From a virus (Duplodnaviria > Caudoviricetes): a DNA stretch of 64,000 bases. The stretch covers positions 32,001 to 96,000 of the IMG/VR virus record IMGVR_UViG_3300029288_000063; one strand, given 5' to 3'. The notes below the pieces were generated by a model. It had not been told where the DNA came from, did not search any database, and saw only the letters and a program-made list of their open reading frames with translations. A program made the position numbers and the translations under genes. Below, in pieces: positions 1 through 9,353 of the stretch; within the stretch, counting starts at the first letter, position 1; each line of letters starts with the position of its first letter.

Positions 1-81
1 GTTTCGGCTGGTTAAGCACCTTCGGATTAGCTGTCATTGATTTTTTCTGGCAGGGCAATTATGCCCGTAAGGAGGTTGTTG

Positions 82-582
82 ATGAGCGGCGATGTGTCCT
101 TCTCAACGAAGGTGATTGACGGCGTACGGATTTGTGACGCGTCGGATGGCTCGTTTCACTATCGGTTTGACATCAAGAACGGCAACTTCATGCGTTGGGG
201 CAAGACTCCGGCGGAAGACCCGGTGTGGTGTCCGGCGGGACCGGAAATCCTCGACCTCGAAATCAGTGTGAACGGATGTCCGAATAACTGCCGCTTCTGT
301 TTGCCAGCGGGAGTTCCTGTGAATACTCCGTCTGGACTTGTGAATATTGAAGACCTACGAGTTGGAGACAAGGTTTTTGGATTCAACTTTGCAACAAGTT
401 CTGTTCGTGAAGAAGTGGTAGAGCAGATTCACAATCGAGAATACGAAGGTCTTATGGTTGTTGTTGAGTTAGAAGATGGTCGTATTGTTGAGATGACAGA
501 AGATCACATGGTTATGCTTGCTAGTGGCAATGAAGTTCGTGCTGGTGATTTGACTCCGGATGATGATGTTGTTCTTATGTAA
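82..582 (+). CDS. Radical SAM protein N-terminal half fused to split-intein N fragment (IntN)
   Basis: AGGAGG RBS before ATG 82. The extein ends ...EISVNGCPNNCRF (first two Cys of CxxxCxxC), then CLPAGVPVNT...IEDLRVGDKV...TEDH (intein blocks A/B), then stop at 580-582. Confidence 0.9.
   Translation: MSGDVSFSTKVIDGVRICDASDGSFHYRFDIKNGNFMRWGKTPAEDPVWCPAGPEILDLEISVNGCPNNCRFCLPAGVPVNTPSGLVNIEDLRVGDKVFGFNFATSSVREEVVEQIHNREYEGLMVVVELEDGRIVEMTEDHMVMLASGNEVRAGDLTPDDDVVLM
298..579 (+). other. Split intein N-part (94 aa)
   Basis: Starts with Cys1 (CLPAG), has block B TxxH (MTEDH) and ends at a stop with no C-terminal HN. Confidence 0.9.
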
Positions 583-621
583 ATTTTATATCCTGTTTAA
601 CATGGAGGTTGTTATAAGTCC

Positions 622-1614
622 ATGTGTAAACTAAAGGAGAATAAAATGTACATAGGTGTCGGAGAAGCTGCCAAGATATTGGGTAAATCCACCGATTTGG
701 TTCGGTGGCTTGAAAAAACGGGGAAAATCAAATCTGTTCGTGTTGGAAAAAAGAACAACAGAAGGTTTCTTCTTTCTGATATTCAATCTCTTGCTCTTGA
801 AAGAGCAAGCCCCGAATATGTAAAGCAAACGCTTCTTTGCCCCAATTGTAAAAACTTTGTTGCTGTCAAAATGGTAAAGAAGCGTCCAAATATAATGTTG
901 GAAAGGATTGGTTCTAAACGGTGCCATGACTGCATCGAGAAACAAAAAAAGAACAACTCTTTAAGAATGTCCCGGATGAACCCAATGAAGCAAGAAGGGG
1001 TTGCTGAAAAGGTTAGCTCTACTCTAAAGAAAAAATATTCGGAAGGTGTTATTGCCGTTTGTCATTCCACTGAGACAAAAGAGAAGATAAAAGATGGTAT
1101 AAATGCATTTTGGAATTCTGAAAAAGCAGAATCGGTAAAAATTAGATTTTTTGAAAGAATGTCTCAGAACAATCCTATGTCTATCCGTTCGATTGTTGAA
1201 AAGGTTCATTCTAAGTTAAAGGCAATGAGGGATAAAGGTGAATTTGTAACTCCAAAAGGAATAAATCACTGGCTATGGAAAGGAAATCGTGGATTTTATT
1301 CTTTTGTTCGTTCGCAGCTTTATCGCCCGTGGTCTCTTGAGGTGTTGAAGCGAGATGGGTTTTGTTGTTCGTCTTGTGGTAAAACACAATGCGAACTACA
1401 TGTTCATCATGTAAGGCCGTTTCGTGATATTGTTAAGAAAGTATTGTTTGAAGAAAAGATAGATGCCAAAAATCTTGAAAAATTAAAAGATATTTGGCAG
1501 GATCTCTCCGATAAGGTATTGAGAGAACATAAGCTAGAAGACGGGGTTTCTGTTTGTGTTTATTGTCATGGGAAAATAGATTCCCGATACAGGAGATATA
1601 AAGGTGAAGATTAA
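622..1614 (+). mobile_element. Free-standing HNH homing endonuclease with N-terminal MerR-like HTH, inserted between split-intein halves
   Basis: VGEAAKILG...VRWLEKTGKI HTH; CPNC/CHDC Cys pairs; C-terminal RDGFCCSSCG...LHVHHVRPF...VCVYCHGKID HNH; visibly AT-richer than its flanks. Confidence 0.85.
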
Positions 1615-1708
1615 GCATATCGTTAAGACACCATTCAAGGGGACTGTTTACGATATTGGTTGTAGTCCAGACCATGTTTTTTTTGCGAATGGTCTTCTTG
1701 TCCATAAT
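1604..1708 (+). other. Split intein C-part (35 aa)
   Basis: VYDIG (block F) and LVHN (block G) followed by Cys+1; size and pattern match DnaE-type IntC. Confidence 0.9.
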
Positions 1709-2575
1709 TGCTACAAGGGGAACACGAATGCCCCGGCTGAGAACATGACGTTTGAAACGTTCAAGGCAATCTTCGACAAGATGCCGAAGACGCTGACGCA
1801 GATTGCGTTCGGCATTACTGGCATTCAGACGAATCCGGACTTTTTCAGGATGATGGAGTATTGCCGCGAACACGACGTGGTTCCGAACTTCACCATGTCA
1901 GGTATCGACCTTACCCCGGAGATTGCAGACCGCGTGGCGTCGCTTGCCGGTGCGGTTGCGGTGTCTGTATATCAGACTGACAAGAACGTTGGCTACGACG
2001 CCATCAAAATGCTGACAGACCGTGGCATGGAACAGGTCAACATTCACCTGATGGTGAGCGAGGAGACTTTTTCTTTCGTCAAAGAGGTTGTTGTTGACCG
2101 TATGTCCGACAAGCGTCTTGAGAAGATGCGGGCGATTGTGTTCCTTGGTGTAAAGCCGAAGGGTCGTGCACGTGGCTCCTATTCGCCGCTTGGTCGTGAT
2201 AAGTTTTCGACGCTGGTTAAGTTCTGTCTTGGTGCCAATGTGCCGATTGGTTTTGATTCGTGCAGTGCACCGAAGTTTGAGAGCTTTCTTGATGGGTCGA
2301 ACATGAACCCGGCGCTTAAGGAGCAGCTCCGTATGGTTGCGGAAAGCTGCGAGTCGACTCTGTTCAGTAGCTATGTTAACCAGAAGGGTGACTTCTATCC
2401 CTGCTCGTTCTGTGAGGGTGAGGGTGAGTGGGAGAACGGTGTTTCTGTGTTGGATGCGGAAGATTTCGGTGACGTGTGGCTTCACCCGCGTGTTGTGGCG
2501 TGGCGTGAGCGGTTGGTTGATTCGTCGTGTAATGGTTGCCGCAAATGTATTGTTTTTCCAGAGATTAACGTCTGA
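1604..2575 (+). CDS. Split-intein C fragment (IntC) fused to radical SAM C-terminal half with SPASM/twitch-like Cys cluster
   Basis: MKIKHIVKTPFKGTVYDIGCSPDHVFFANGLLVHN|CYKG; downstream rSAM barrel and C-terminal SCES...PCSFC...CNGCRKC. Confidence 0.9.
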   Translation: MKIKHIVKTPFKGTVYDIGCSPDHVFFANGLLVHNCYKGNTNAPAENMTFETFKAIFDKMPKTLTQIAFGITGIQTNPDFFRMMEYCREHDVVPNFTMSGIDLTPEIADRVASLAGAVAVSVYQTDKNVGYDAIKMLTDRGMEQVNIHLMVSEETFSFVKEVVVDRMSDKRLEKMRAIVFLGVKPKGRARGSYSPLGRDKFSTLVKFCLGANVPIGFDSCSAPKFESFLDGSNMNPALKEQLRMVAESCESTLFSSYVNQKGDFYPCSFCEGEGEWENGVSVLDAEDFGDVWLHPRVVAWRERLVDSSCNGCRKCIVFPEINV

Positions 2576-2589
2576 GTGGAGATTCAAAA

Positions 2590-3582
2590 GTGTTGACGCT
2601 TCTTGACTGTTTTTGCGGTGCCGGGATTGGTGCCGTTGGTGCAAAGGCTGCTGGCTTTCAAACCGTGTTTGCCTTTGATAACGACCCTGTTTCCGTTCGT
2701 GTGTTCAATAAAAACAACAACCCAGTTGCTTCCGTTTTGGATGCGAGGAAGTTGGATATTGCAAAGGACTTGCCGTCAACGGATGGGATTATGGCAGGCT
2801 TCCCGTGTAACTCCTTCTCGACAAGCGGTAAGCGGCTCGGAGTGAACGACTCCAAGTATGGAAAGCTTGGGTATATTATGCTGGACATTATCAGCCAGAA
2901 GTCACCGAAGTTCTTCCTCCTTGAAAACGTGAAGGGGCTGGCTTCAAGCTCGCACAAGGAATTCTTCGACGAACTCAAAAAGAAGCTCGTTGGGTTCGGT
3001 TACAACGTATATGCGGGGCTTCTGAACGCGGCAGACTATGGGGTTCCGCAGAAGCGCGAGCGTGTTTTCATTGTCGGTATCAAACCTGACTTGGATAAGG
3101 GCTTTGAGTTTCCCAAGAAAGCTCCCAACAAGGTCTCAATCCGTCAAGCGTTGGCTGGGTTGCCGTGCACGCCAGATGGGGTTAATAACCATTATGGGTT
3201 CGAACTCAGAAACGACGAGAAGCCGTTCGCCCACAAGATTCCTGACGGCGGCAACTGGAAAGACCTTCCTGAAGCTGACCAAAAGGCGTTCATGAAGAAG
3301 TCGTTCTTTTCGTCTGGCGGGAAGACAACGTATTTGCGAAAGGTCGACCCCGAAGAGCCAGCGTTCACAGTGATGGCTCACGTTATGGGGAAACACAGCG
3401 TTCAGTTGTATGGAAACAGAAGGTTCACCATCCGCGAGAGTTTGCGGATTCAGACCGCGCCGGATTGGTTTTCGTTCGATGACGACATTCCGGTTCAGAA
3501 GCAGTATGCTTGCTGCGGTGGTGGGATTCCTTCGCTTTTGGCGAGGCAAATTTTTGAATGCATTCGTCTTGCGTTAAAATGA
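2590..3582 (+). CDS. dcm: C5 DNA cytosine methyltransferase
   Basis: Motif I FCGAG, motif IV GFPCNSFS, motif VI ENVKG, motif VIII QKRERVF. Confidence 0.93.
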   Translation: MLTLLDCFCGAGIGAVGAKAAGFQTVFAFDNDPVSVRVFNKNNNPVASVLDARKLDIAKDLPSTDGIMAGFPCNSFSTSGKRLGVNDSKYGKLGYIMLDIISQKSPKFFLLENVKGLASSSHKEFFDELKKKLVGFGYNVYAGLLNAADYGVPQKRERVFIVGIKPDLDKGFEFPKKAPNKVSIRQALAGLPCTPDGVNNHYGFELRNDEKPFAHKIPDGGNWKDLPEADQKAFMKKSFFSSGGKTTYLRKVDPEEPAFTVMAHVMGKHSVQLYGNRRFTIRESLRIQTAPDWFSFDDDIPVQKQYACCGGGIPSLLARQIFECIRLALK

Positions 3583-3649
3583 GGAGCGGTTTAAGTAGTA
3601 TAATTCGTCAAATGATACTTGTTTTTTATGGATGAGTGGAGGAACTTTC

Positions 3650-4039
3650 ATGAAGGTTCGTTTTGGATTTGTGAGTAACAGCTCAAGTACGAGTTTCTGC
3701 ATCGTTGGTATAGGAGACGATATCTCCGTCAAGGACATTTTCAAACATGTCGTCGAGAAGGAGAACATTCCACTCGAAGAAGCCTACGACATGTTTGGTT
3801 GTGGTACTGAGGAAATTGGTGGTTTGGTTTTCACAGGTCACCCGGCGTACGACTGCACCTCTTGGGAGGATTTTCTTGCAAACTCCGACCTCGACTATGT
3901 TGGGGTTGATGCTGAAAAAATCCTCGAATCCGCCTCCATCTCCCAAGCACGCCAGAAGGTTCGCGCCATCTTTGCGGAAATTGGTGTTGACGTGCCCGAG
4001 AAGAGCATTGGTCTCCACTACGGCGAGGCGTCAAACTAA
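3650..4039 (+). CDS. Hypothetical protein, FVSNSSS N-terminal motif family (copy 1)
   Basis: MKVRFGFVSNSSSTSF start; GGAGG RBS; TATAAT upstream. Confidence 0.8.
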   Translation: MKVRFGFVSNSSSTSFCIVGIGDDISVKDIFKHVVEKENIPLEEAYDMFGCGTEEIGGLVFTGHPAYDCTSWEDFLANSDLDYVGVDAEKILESASISQARQKVRAIFAEIGVDVPEKSIGLHYGEASN

Positions 4040-4221
4040 TGAAAAGAATTAAGTGTACTTGGTGCGGGAAAGCGGTGTCGTCACCGGTGCCTGATGATGT
4101 GGTGATTCGGGCTGTCATTGAATGCCCGGAGTGTGTCCTGAAGCGGAAAGCGAATAATCCGCCGGGCGATATCAACGAAAGGAAGGATGATGAAGGTTCG
4201 TCAGGGTTTTGTAAGCAATAG
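4039..4221 (+). CDS. Small Zn-ribbon protein
   Basis: CTWC...CPEC; TAATG overlap with the upstream gene. Confidence 0.55.
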   Translation: MKRIKCTWCGKAVSSPVPDDVVIRAVIECPECVLKRKANNPPGDINERKDDEGSSGFCKQ

Positions 4222-4570
4222 CTCGTCAACGTCGTTTCTGATTGGAACGACGGAGCCGATTTCGTTTGAGTTTCTATGTCGTGTGATGCGCGTCGAGGAG
4301 AGTCCTGCCAAAAAGATTCTGGAGTCTCTCGCCCGATATGTTTCCAAACACGTGAAGCAGCTTGACGCGAAGAAGTGGTGTGATGACCATTACTCGGAAT
4401 CGGTCCCGCCGGTGTTCACACGGATGGCTGCGGGTTTTCCGAACCTCTATTCCCTTAGCGTGTCAAATTGTGATGATGGTGAGGGCAATTTCCTGTATGA
4501 AGTTTTTCAGGAAGAGGTGGACGTTATCAAGTCGGCGGAAATCGAGATGTCGATGCCGTATGGGGATTGA
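4187..4570 (+). CDS. Hypothetical protein, FVSNSSS family (copy 2)
   Basis: MKVRQGFVSNSSSTSF start. Confidence 0.8.
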   Translation: MMKVRQGFVSNSSSTSFLIGTTEPISFEFLCRVMRVEESPAKKILESLARYVSKHVKQLDAKKWCDDHYSESVPPVFTRMAAGFPNLYSLSVSNCDDGEGNFLYEVFQEEVDVIKSAEIEMSMPYGD

Positions 4571-4573
4571 ATT

Positions 4574-4861
4574 ATGAAGGCTCGTTTTGGGTTTGTGTCC
4601 AACAGCTCGTCGTGCTCGTTCGTCTTGGATGTCTCCGGGCTTCGGAAAAGCCAGAAGAACAAGATTCTCCACCACGAGGAGTTTGCAGAAAACATAGGCT
4701 GGGATGGCGCGTGTCGTGGTTGGGGGTGGGAAATCAAAGAGGATGGCGACAAGTGGTTTTGCAATACCTCGCTTGACAATTTCGATCTTGTTCGGTGGAT
4801 TGTCGAGGTTGTTGGTTTGTCGCCTGACCGCATGTCTGACATGCAGGAAGGACATTGGTAA
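4574..4861 (+). CDS. Hypothetical protein, FVSNSSS family (copy 3)
   Basis: MKARFGFVSNSSSCSF start. Confidence 0.8.
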   Translation: MKARFGFVSNSSSCSFVLDVSGLRKSQKNKILHHEEFAENIGWDGACRGWGWEIKEDGDKWFCNTSLDNFDLVRWIVEVVGLSPDRMSDMQEGHW

Positions 4862-4987
4862 AAACACGACTCGGTTTTGTATCCAACAGATCGTCCTGAC
4901 TAGATTCGAGCGGATAATTGTTCCGAGTTTTTAGTCCTCGATGCGATAGTGTCACATTAGTATTCTTTTTGCCGAGAGGATGAAGCT

Positions 4988-5866
4988 ATGCCGATGGAAA
5001 TTCAGTCCCTGTCGATTTGTGTTCCCACCCCGCGTTGTGTAAACAACTGCAAGTTCTGCGTCTCCAAGATGGGCGATAACGCCTATCCCAACCAAATCGA
5101 AAAGAACAAACGGTTCAGCGACCTGTATCGGCGCGACTTCATCCGCCGTTTACAATTTGCACGAGACAACGGGTGTAATACGGTTATTCTGACCGGGGAC
5201 GGTGAGCCGCTGTCCAATGTCGACTTTCTCGACAAGTTTTCCGAATGGAACGAGAAGCTGACCTCGCCGTTCCAATGGGTCGAGGTCCAGACATCGGGCG
5301 TCCTGCTGGACGAAGAGATGCTTCGTCACCTTCGGAATATGGTGGGCGTGTCGACCATCGCCCTGAGCCTGTCGAACATTTTCAATTCCGAAAGCAATCA
5401 CGAAATGAACCAGACGCCCGAGAAGCTTCGGTTCGACATCGACCACCTGTGTTCGGAAATCAAGCGGTACGATTTCAACCTGCGCCTATCTCTCAACATG
5501 ACGGACGTTTATAGCAGTTTGACACTGTGGGAGATTTTCAGCCGTGCGAAGATTCTCGGAGCAGACCAAATCACCTTCCGCGTGCTTTATGAGTCTGGCA
5601 CCGGAACGGAAGAAGACAAGTGGATTAAGAAACACCGCTGCAACCCGTACAAGATTGAGCAGATTAGCAGGTTCATCAAGAAAAACGGGCGCGAGTTGGA
5701 GGTTCTTCCGTTCGGCGCGACACGGTATTCTGTGGATGGGATGTCGGTGGTGCTGGATGGCGACTGCATGTCCGGCGCGGTGAAGCCGACGATTCGGTAT
5801 CTGGTTCTTCGCCCCGACTGCAAGCTGTATACGAAGTGGGACGACAAGGGAAGCAAGGTGTTTTGA
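4988..5866 (+). CDS. Radical SAM protein
   Basis: CVNNCKFC (CxxxCxxC) and LTGDGEPL (GGE-like motif). Confidence 0.9.
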   Translation: MPMEIQSLSICVPTPRCVNNCKFCVSKMGDNAYPNQIEKNKRFSDLYRRDFIRRLQFARDNGCNTVILTGDGEPLSNVDFLDKFSEWNEKLTSPFQWVEVQTSGVLLDEEMLRHLRNMVGVSTIALSLSNIFNSESNHEMNQTPEKLRFDIDHLCSEIKRYDFNLRLSLNMTDVYSSLTLWEIFSRAKILGADQITFRVLYESGTGTEEDKWIKKHRCNPYKIEQISRFIKKNGRELEVLPFGATRYSVDGMSVVLDGDCMSGAVKPTIRYLVLRPDCKLYTKWDDKGSKVF

Positions 5867-6114
5867 TGGCGATTGCAGACCATTATCCAGTAGGGATGTC
5901 GTTTTGTGACGAAGCCGGGCTTAACGGGAATTGTGGGGTCAAGTGTTCGCGTTTTCTTGAGGGTGAGTGCCCAATCGAGACGGATGTTACAGAAGATATC
6001 ACGGACGAGGTTTATGGTGAGATTGTCTATGATATAACAGATGATTGTCTTTGTGATAGAATCGAAAAGATTATTTTAAATGGATTTGACAAGAATTCTA
6101 TCCAGAAAAAATAG
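5866..6114 (+). CDS. Cys-rich hypothetical protein
   Basis: TGATG coupling to the upstream gene; several Cys. Confidence 0.55.
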   Translation: MAIADHYPVGMSFCDEAGLNGNCGVKCSRFLEGECPIETDVTEDITDEVYGEIVYDITDDCLCDRIEKIILNGFDKNSIQKK

Positions 6115-6125
6115 TTCTCTCCGAT
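6102..6125 (+). promoter_or_regulatory. sigma28-like promoter CCAG-N15-CCGAT
   Basis: Matches the recurring motif with an exact 15-nt spacer; upstream of the 6177 gene. Confidence 0.6.
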
Positions 6126-6176
6126 GTTTTCTTGTTAGGAGGCAACTTTTGCCCCTTAAAACGAGAGGAGATAACT

Positions 6177-7883
6177 ATGAATCGCTTTGTTTTGTTCTTG
6201 CTGGTGCTGTCTGTCTCGTTCGTTGTCTATGCCGGTGAAGACGAACATGCCTACGACCATGTCTATTTGAAAAACGGCTCAACCATTGAGGCGGATGTCG
6301 TTTGGGTAAGCTTCAGCCCTAAGAAGAATACCGACGAAACGACACAGACAGAAACGACATTCGTGCATCCGCCCAAAAGAAGCATCATCTACATTGACAA
6401 GAGCGGTGTCGGACATACCGTGTCGACTGATGATGTCGATGAAATCCAGTTCGATGTCGGTCTTGCGAATAAAACATGGTCGCATGGATACTGTGTTATC
6501 AATGGTAGCGTAAAGCTCGTATTGGCTCGCGTAACACGCGTCAAAGACGAAATCGTTTATGGTGAAGACCATAAAGGCGTTAGCTTCGAAAGCAACGCTT
6601 GTCGTATGTGTCTATTCAACGCCAAGTATCGTTCCGTGAAAATCACAAAAACTCCTCCCCCCGAACTTAGGTGGATTGGTGCTGTTAGTGTTTATTGGTG
6701 GTTGTCTGAATACGCCGGTTATACGACTACACGTGAAAACCTGATTCAAGTTCTCGGAGGATATAAAAGTGCCAGTCCTGAGCTTTATACTGGACTCACG
6801 GAAGAAGCGAAGAACAAACTAGACGAACACTTCAAGACGAAGGGCATAACGTTTTCGCGTCGTCCTATCCCGAGAACTATTGAAGATGTCTTTGCCACGT
6901 ATCTGTTGATGGTTCGGAGTGTTGAGCGTGGGATGCCCTGTGAGTTTCCGGTTGTAGTTCGAACCCAAGATGGAACCCGTATTCTTATGTCCCGTGTTAT
7001 GTGGGGTTATCAAGATGGTGGGAATAGTCTATTTTCGAACATGTTAAATGTAAAAGGAGCATATGCAAAAACATCATTTCCTGTGATATTCACGACTGCT
7101 CAGCCGGGGGAATGGAAGTTTTATCCGCATGTGATTTCCAGCGTCATGAAGGACGGTGTTGAGGTTATTGGTGATGTTGTGTGTGATGACGATGAGACGC
7201 TCAGTTCGGAACCATTTCTTCCTGTAGCGGGTGACACAGGTATAACGGGCGACAGTGGTGTTACGGGTGACACAGGTGTGACGGGTGACAGTGGTGTTAC
7301 GGTGTCGCCGGTATCGCAAAAGTCTCCTGTGTCTCAGGTATCTCAAAAGTCTCAAGTTGCTGATGCTCAAAAGCCTCAAGTTACCGATGCTCAAAAGCCA
7401 AGTATTATCAAGCCGAAGATTGGTCCGTATTCCGGCAGGGATAAGGGTGTTATGGTTTCCGGGAAATACGGTGACCCAGTCACCTTTGACAAGTATGAAA
7501 AAGGGCATGCTAGAGGTGGTATTGGGAGGAGTTACAGCCTTCGTATCGTTGCCGAGGTGCCGAAGGAGGTCAAGGTTGGTGATAAGCCGAATCCGTACAA
7601 GAAGTATCACGTGACGAATTCGAAGTCGAATGACAAGGTTGACAAGATGGATGTGAAGTTCAACCGGGAGCACATCAAGTTTATTGAGGATTGGAATGCC
7701 GGTGAAGAGATGCCCAAGACTTTTGAATGGCTTGAATCCAGTTGGCGTCAGCAGCGTCAGATTGAGGAGAACGAAAGGCAGCGTGATAATGCTCGCCGGG
7801 AAGCTGAGCGTAGGGCTGCTTTAAGGAATGCGAATTCCAAGAGGGATGCGCTAAAGAACAAATATCTCGGCCAGAACAAGTGA
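6177..7883 (+). CDS. Secreted/exported hypothetical protein with Gly-X-X and SQK/AQKP low-complexity linker
   Basis: Signal peptide MNRFVLFLLVLSVSFVVYA; AGGAG RBS; charged C-terminal coiled coil. Confidence 0.75.
   Translation: MNRFVLFLLVLSVSFVVYAGEDEHAYDHVYLKNGSTIEADVVWVSFSPKKNTDETTQTETTFVHPPKRSIIYIDKSGVGHTVSTDDVDEIQFDVGLANKTWSHGYCVINGSVKLVLARVTRVKDEIVYGEDHKGVSFESNACRMCLFNAKYRSVKITKTPPPELRWIGAVSVYWWLSEYAGYTTTRENLIQVLGGYKSASPELYTGLTEEAKNKLDEHFKTKGITFSRRPIPRTIEDVFATYLLMVRSVERGMPCEFPVVVRTQDGTRILMSRVMWGYQDGGNSLFSNMLNVKGAYAKTSFPVIFTTAQPGEWKFYPHVISSVMKDGVEVIGDVVCDDDETLSSEPFLPVAGDTGITGDSGVTGDTGVTGDSGVTVSPVSQKSPVSQVSQKSQVADAQKPQVTDAQKPSIIKPKIGPYSGRDKGVMVSGKYGDPVTFDKYEKGHARGGIGRSYSLRIVAEVPKEVKVGDKPNPYKKYHVTNSKSNDKVDKMDVKFNREHIKFIEDWNAGEEMPKTFEWLESSWRQQRQIEENERQRDNARREAERRAALRNANSKRDALKNKYLGQNK
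7230..7301 (+). repeat. 4 x 18-bp in-frame tandem repeat (GD[TS]G[IV]T, collagen-like)
   Basis: GDTGITGDSGVTGDTGVTGDSGVT. Confidence 0.85.
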
Positions 7884-7894
7884 AAAAAATCAGT

Positions 7895-7930
7895 AAAACC
7901 GCCCACTTTATCCCAGTGGGCGGTTTTTTT
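7895..7930 (+). terminator. Intrinsic terminator
   Basis: AAAACCGCCCACT-loop-AGTGGGCGGTTTT plus T-run after the 7883 stop. Confidence 0.85.
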
Positions 7931-8011
7931 GTTTCCATTGTCTCTATGTTGTCCTTCTGTTATAATTCCCCAAAATTTTATTATTTGCGTGTTTATAGAA
8001 GGAGGTTCCCT

Positions 8012-8278
8012 ATGTGGAATGACTCTGGATGGGGTGTTTATATTGTCAGGTGTTGTGATGGCACCCTATATTGTGGCGCGACGAACAATGTGGAAAAGAG
8101 AGTCAAGGTGCATAATAGTGGTCGGGGGGCGAAATACACCTCGAAACGTTGCCCTGTTGTTTTGGTTGCTTGGACTGGTGGTATATTACTGAAGGGTGAG
8201 GCGTTACGTTTTGAGCGGCATGTGAAGCGGATGAGGCGAGAAGAAAAGATTAGGGCTGTTCTTTTGAAAAGGGGGTGA
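8012..8278 (+). CDS. GIY-YIG nuclease (small, UPF0213-like)
   Basis: GVYIVRCCDGTLYCGATNN..KRVKVHNSGRGAKYT; GGAGG RBS. Confidence 0.85.
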   Translation: MWNDSGWGVYIVRCCDGTLYCGATNNVEKRVKVHNSGRGAKYTSKRCPVVLVAWTGGILLKGEALRFERHVKRMRREEKIRAVLLKRG

Positions 8279-8282
8279 GTTG

Positions 8283-8699
8283 ATGCCTGTTGTCCATCTG
8301 AATACCAAGGCGGTTGAGTCGGCATTTGCCCTGAAAGCCCGTGAGTTTGCCAAAGATGCGGTAAATATTTTTTGGATGAGAGATTTAAAGTTCCCTGATG
8401 TTGATGGCACGAATAAAGGGTTGCCATTTGTTCCTGACGAGTTTGAGATTTCACAGTTTTGTGAGGGTCTCGGCGTGACCCTTTGTCGGAATTTCGAACT
8501 TTCCTTTGAGACGGAATCAAATATGCTTTATGCTGCGTTGTCATCGGGGTGTGTAACTGCCTATATACGAGTTGCGCCTTTGAATGCAGATGAGAAAGAT
8601 TCGCCGGTGGTTGTTGATATGGGTTTTCTGGTTTCGGTTTCCCCTCCGACCCTGATGCCGGTTGAGGCGTTTTCCCCTATGCCCTCGAATGAGTCCTAA
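8283..8699 (+). CDS. Hypothetical protein
   Basis: Tightly packed + strand ORF. Confidence 0.6.
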   Translation: MPVVHLNTKAVESAFALKAREFAKDAVNIFWMRDLKFPDVDGTNKGLPFVPDEFEISQFCEGLGVTLCRNFELSFETESNMLYAALSSGCVTAYIRVAPLNADEKDSPVVVDMGFLVSVSPPTLMPVEAFSPMPSNES

Positions 8700-8731
8700 G
8701 CTTGTATAATACTGAGGGGGCGTTTGTTCGA

Positions 8732-9316
8732 ATGCAAGTTGAAGGGTTTCAGATGGAAGAGCAAGTCGAGTCATCCGTTGATAAAGTCCGCAGGGCGGAA
8801 CACAAGCGCATGGTGGACATCCTATGGAGGGATAAGTCCATCTTTGCGTCCGCGTTGAACCTAGACGCCGAGAAACTGTGGTTTCGTGGTAAGGAGTTTA
8901 TGTTCAACAAGGAGACGGGCGAAAAAGCGGATATGGTTTTTCAAGACCATTGGGACGCCTATCGAGGCGATGATAACGCGACGTGTTTTGTTGTGGAGTT
9001 GAAGTCCGAACAAGTTGACCATGAGGTTCTTGGGCAGCTAAAGAAAGCCGTTGACGCGATGGATCGTTTGGGTAAGTCGACAAAGCATTGGGGTAGGACT
9101 GTTGGTGTCGCCGTTGGAAAAAAGTTTACTGCGTCAGGTCTTGAGTTGCTGGCGTCGGGTCCGTATTTTTGTTTTGAGTGGGTTGAGGTTGAAACGAGGG
9201 TGTCTCTGGTTCCGACAGGACCGTTGTTTGCCCCGTTGTGTGGGGTTGTTAAAAAGGAAGAGATTGTAAGAAAAGCGAGGAGAAAAGGCGGTCCGGTACG
9301 ATGGTCTGATGCGTAG
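8732..9316 (+). CDS. PD-(D/E)XK endonuclease (NucS C-terminal-like)
   Basis: ADMVF...FVVELK...LGQL pattern. Confidence 0.65.
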   Translation: MQVEGFQMEEQVESSVDKVRRAEHKRMVDILWRDKSIFASALNLDAEKLWFRGKEFMFNKETGEKADMVFQDHWDAYRGDDNATCFVVELKSEQVDHEVLGQLKKAVDAMDRLGKSTKHWGRTVGVAVGKKFTASGLELLASGPYFCFEWVEVETRVSLVPTGPLFAPLCGVVKKEEIVRKARRKGGPVRWSDA

Positions 9317-9353
9317 TTGGATGGCTTGGCCGTTTGTGGCTGAAAGGAAAAGT

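Noticed and set aside
580-1604. Group I intron as the explanation for the interrupted radical SAM
   Set aside because: Only ~39 nt of non-coding sequence is available, and canonical IntN/IntC termini explain the break at protein level.
2590-3582. Complete restriction-modification system around the methyltransferase
   Set aside because: No adjacent cognate restriction endonuclease; an orphan protective MTase is more likely.
4988-5866. Viperin-like assignment for the second radical SAM
   Set aside because: Only generic rSAM motifs are recognisable by eye; this needs an HMM or structural comparison.
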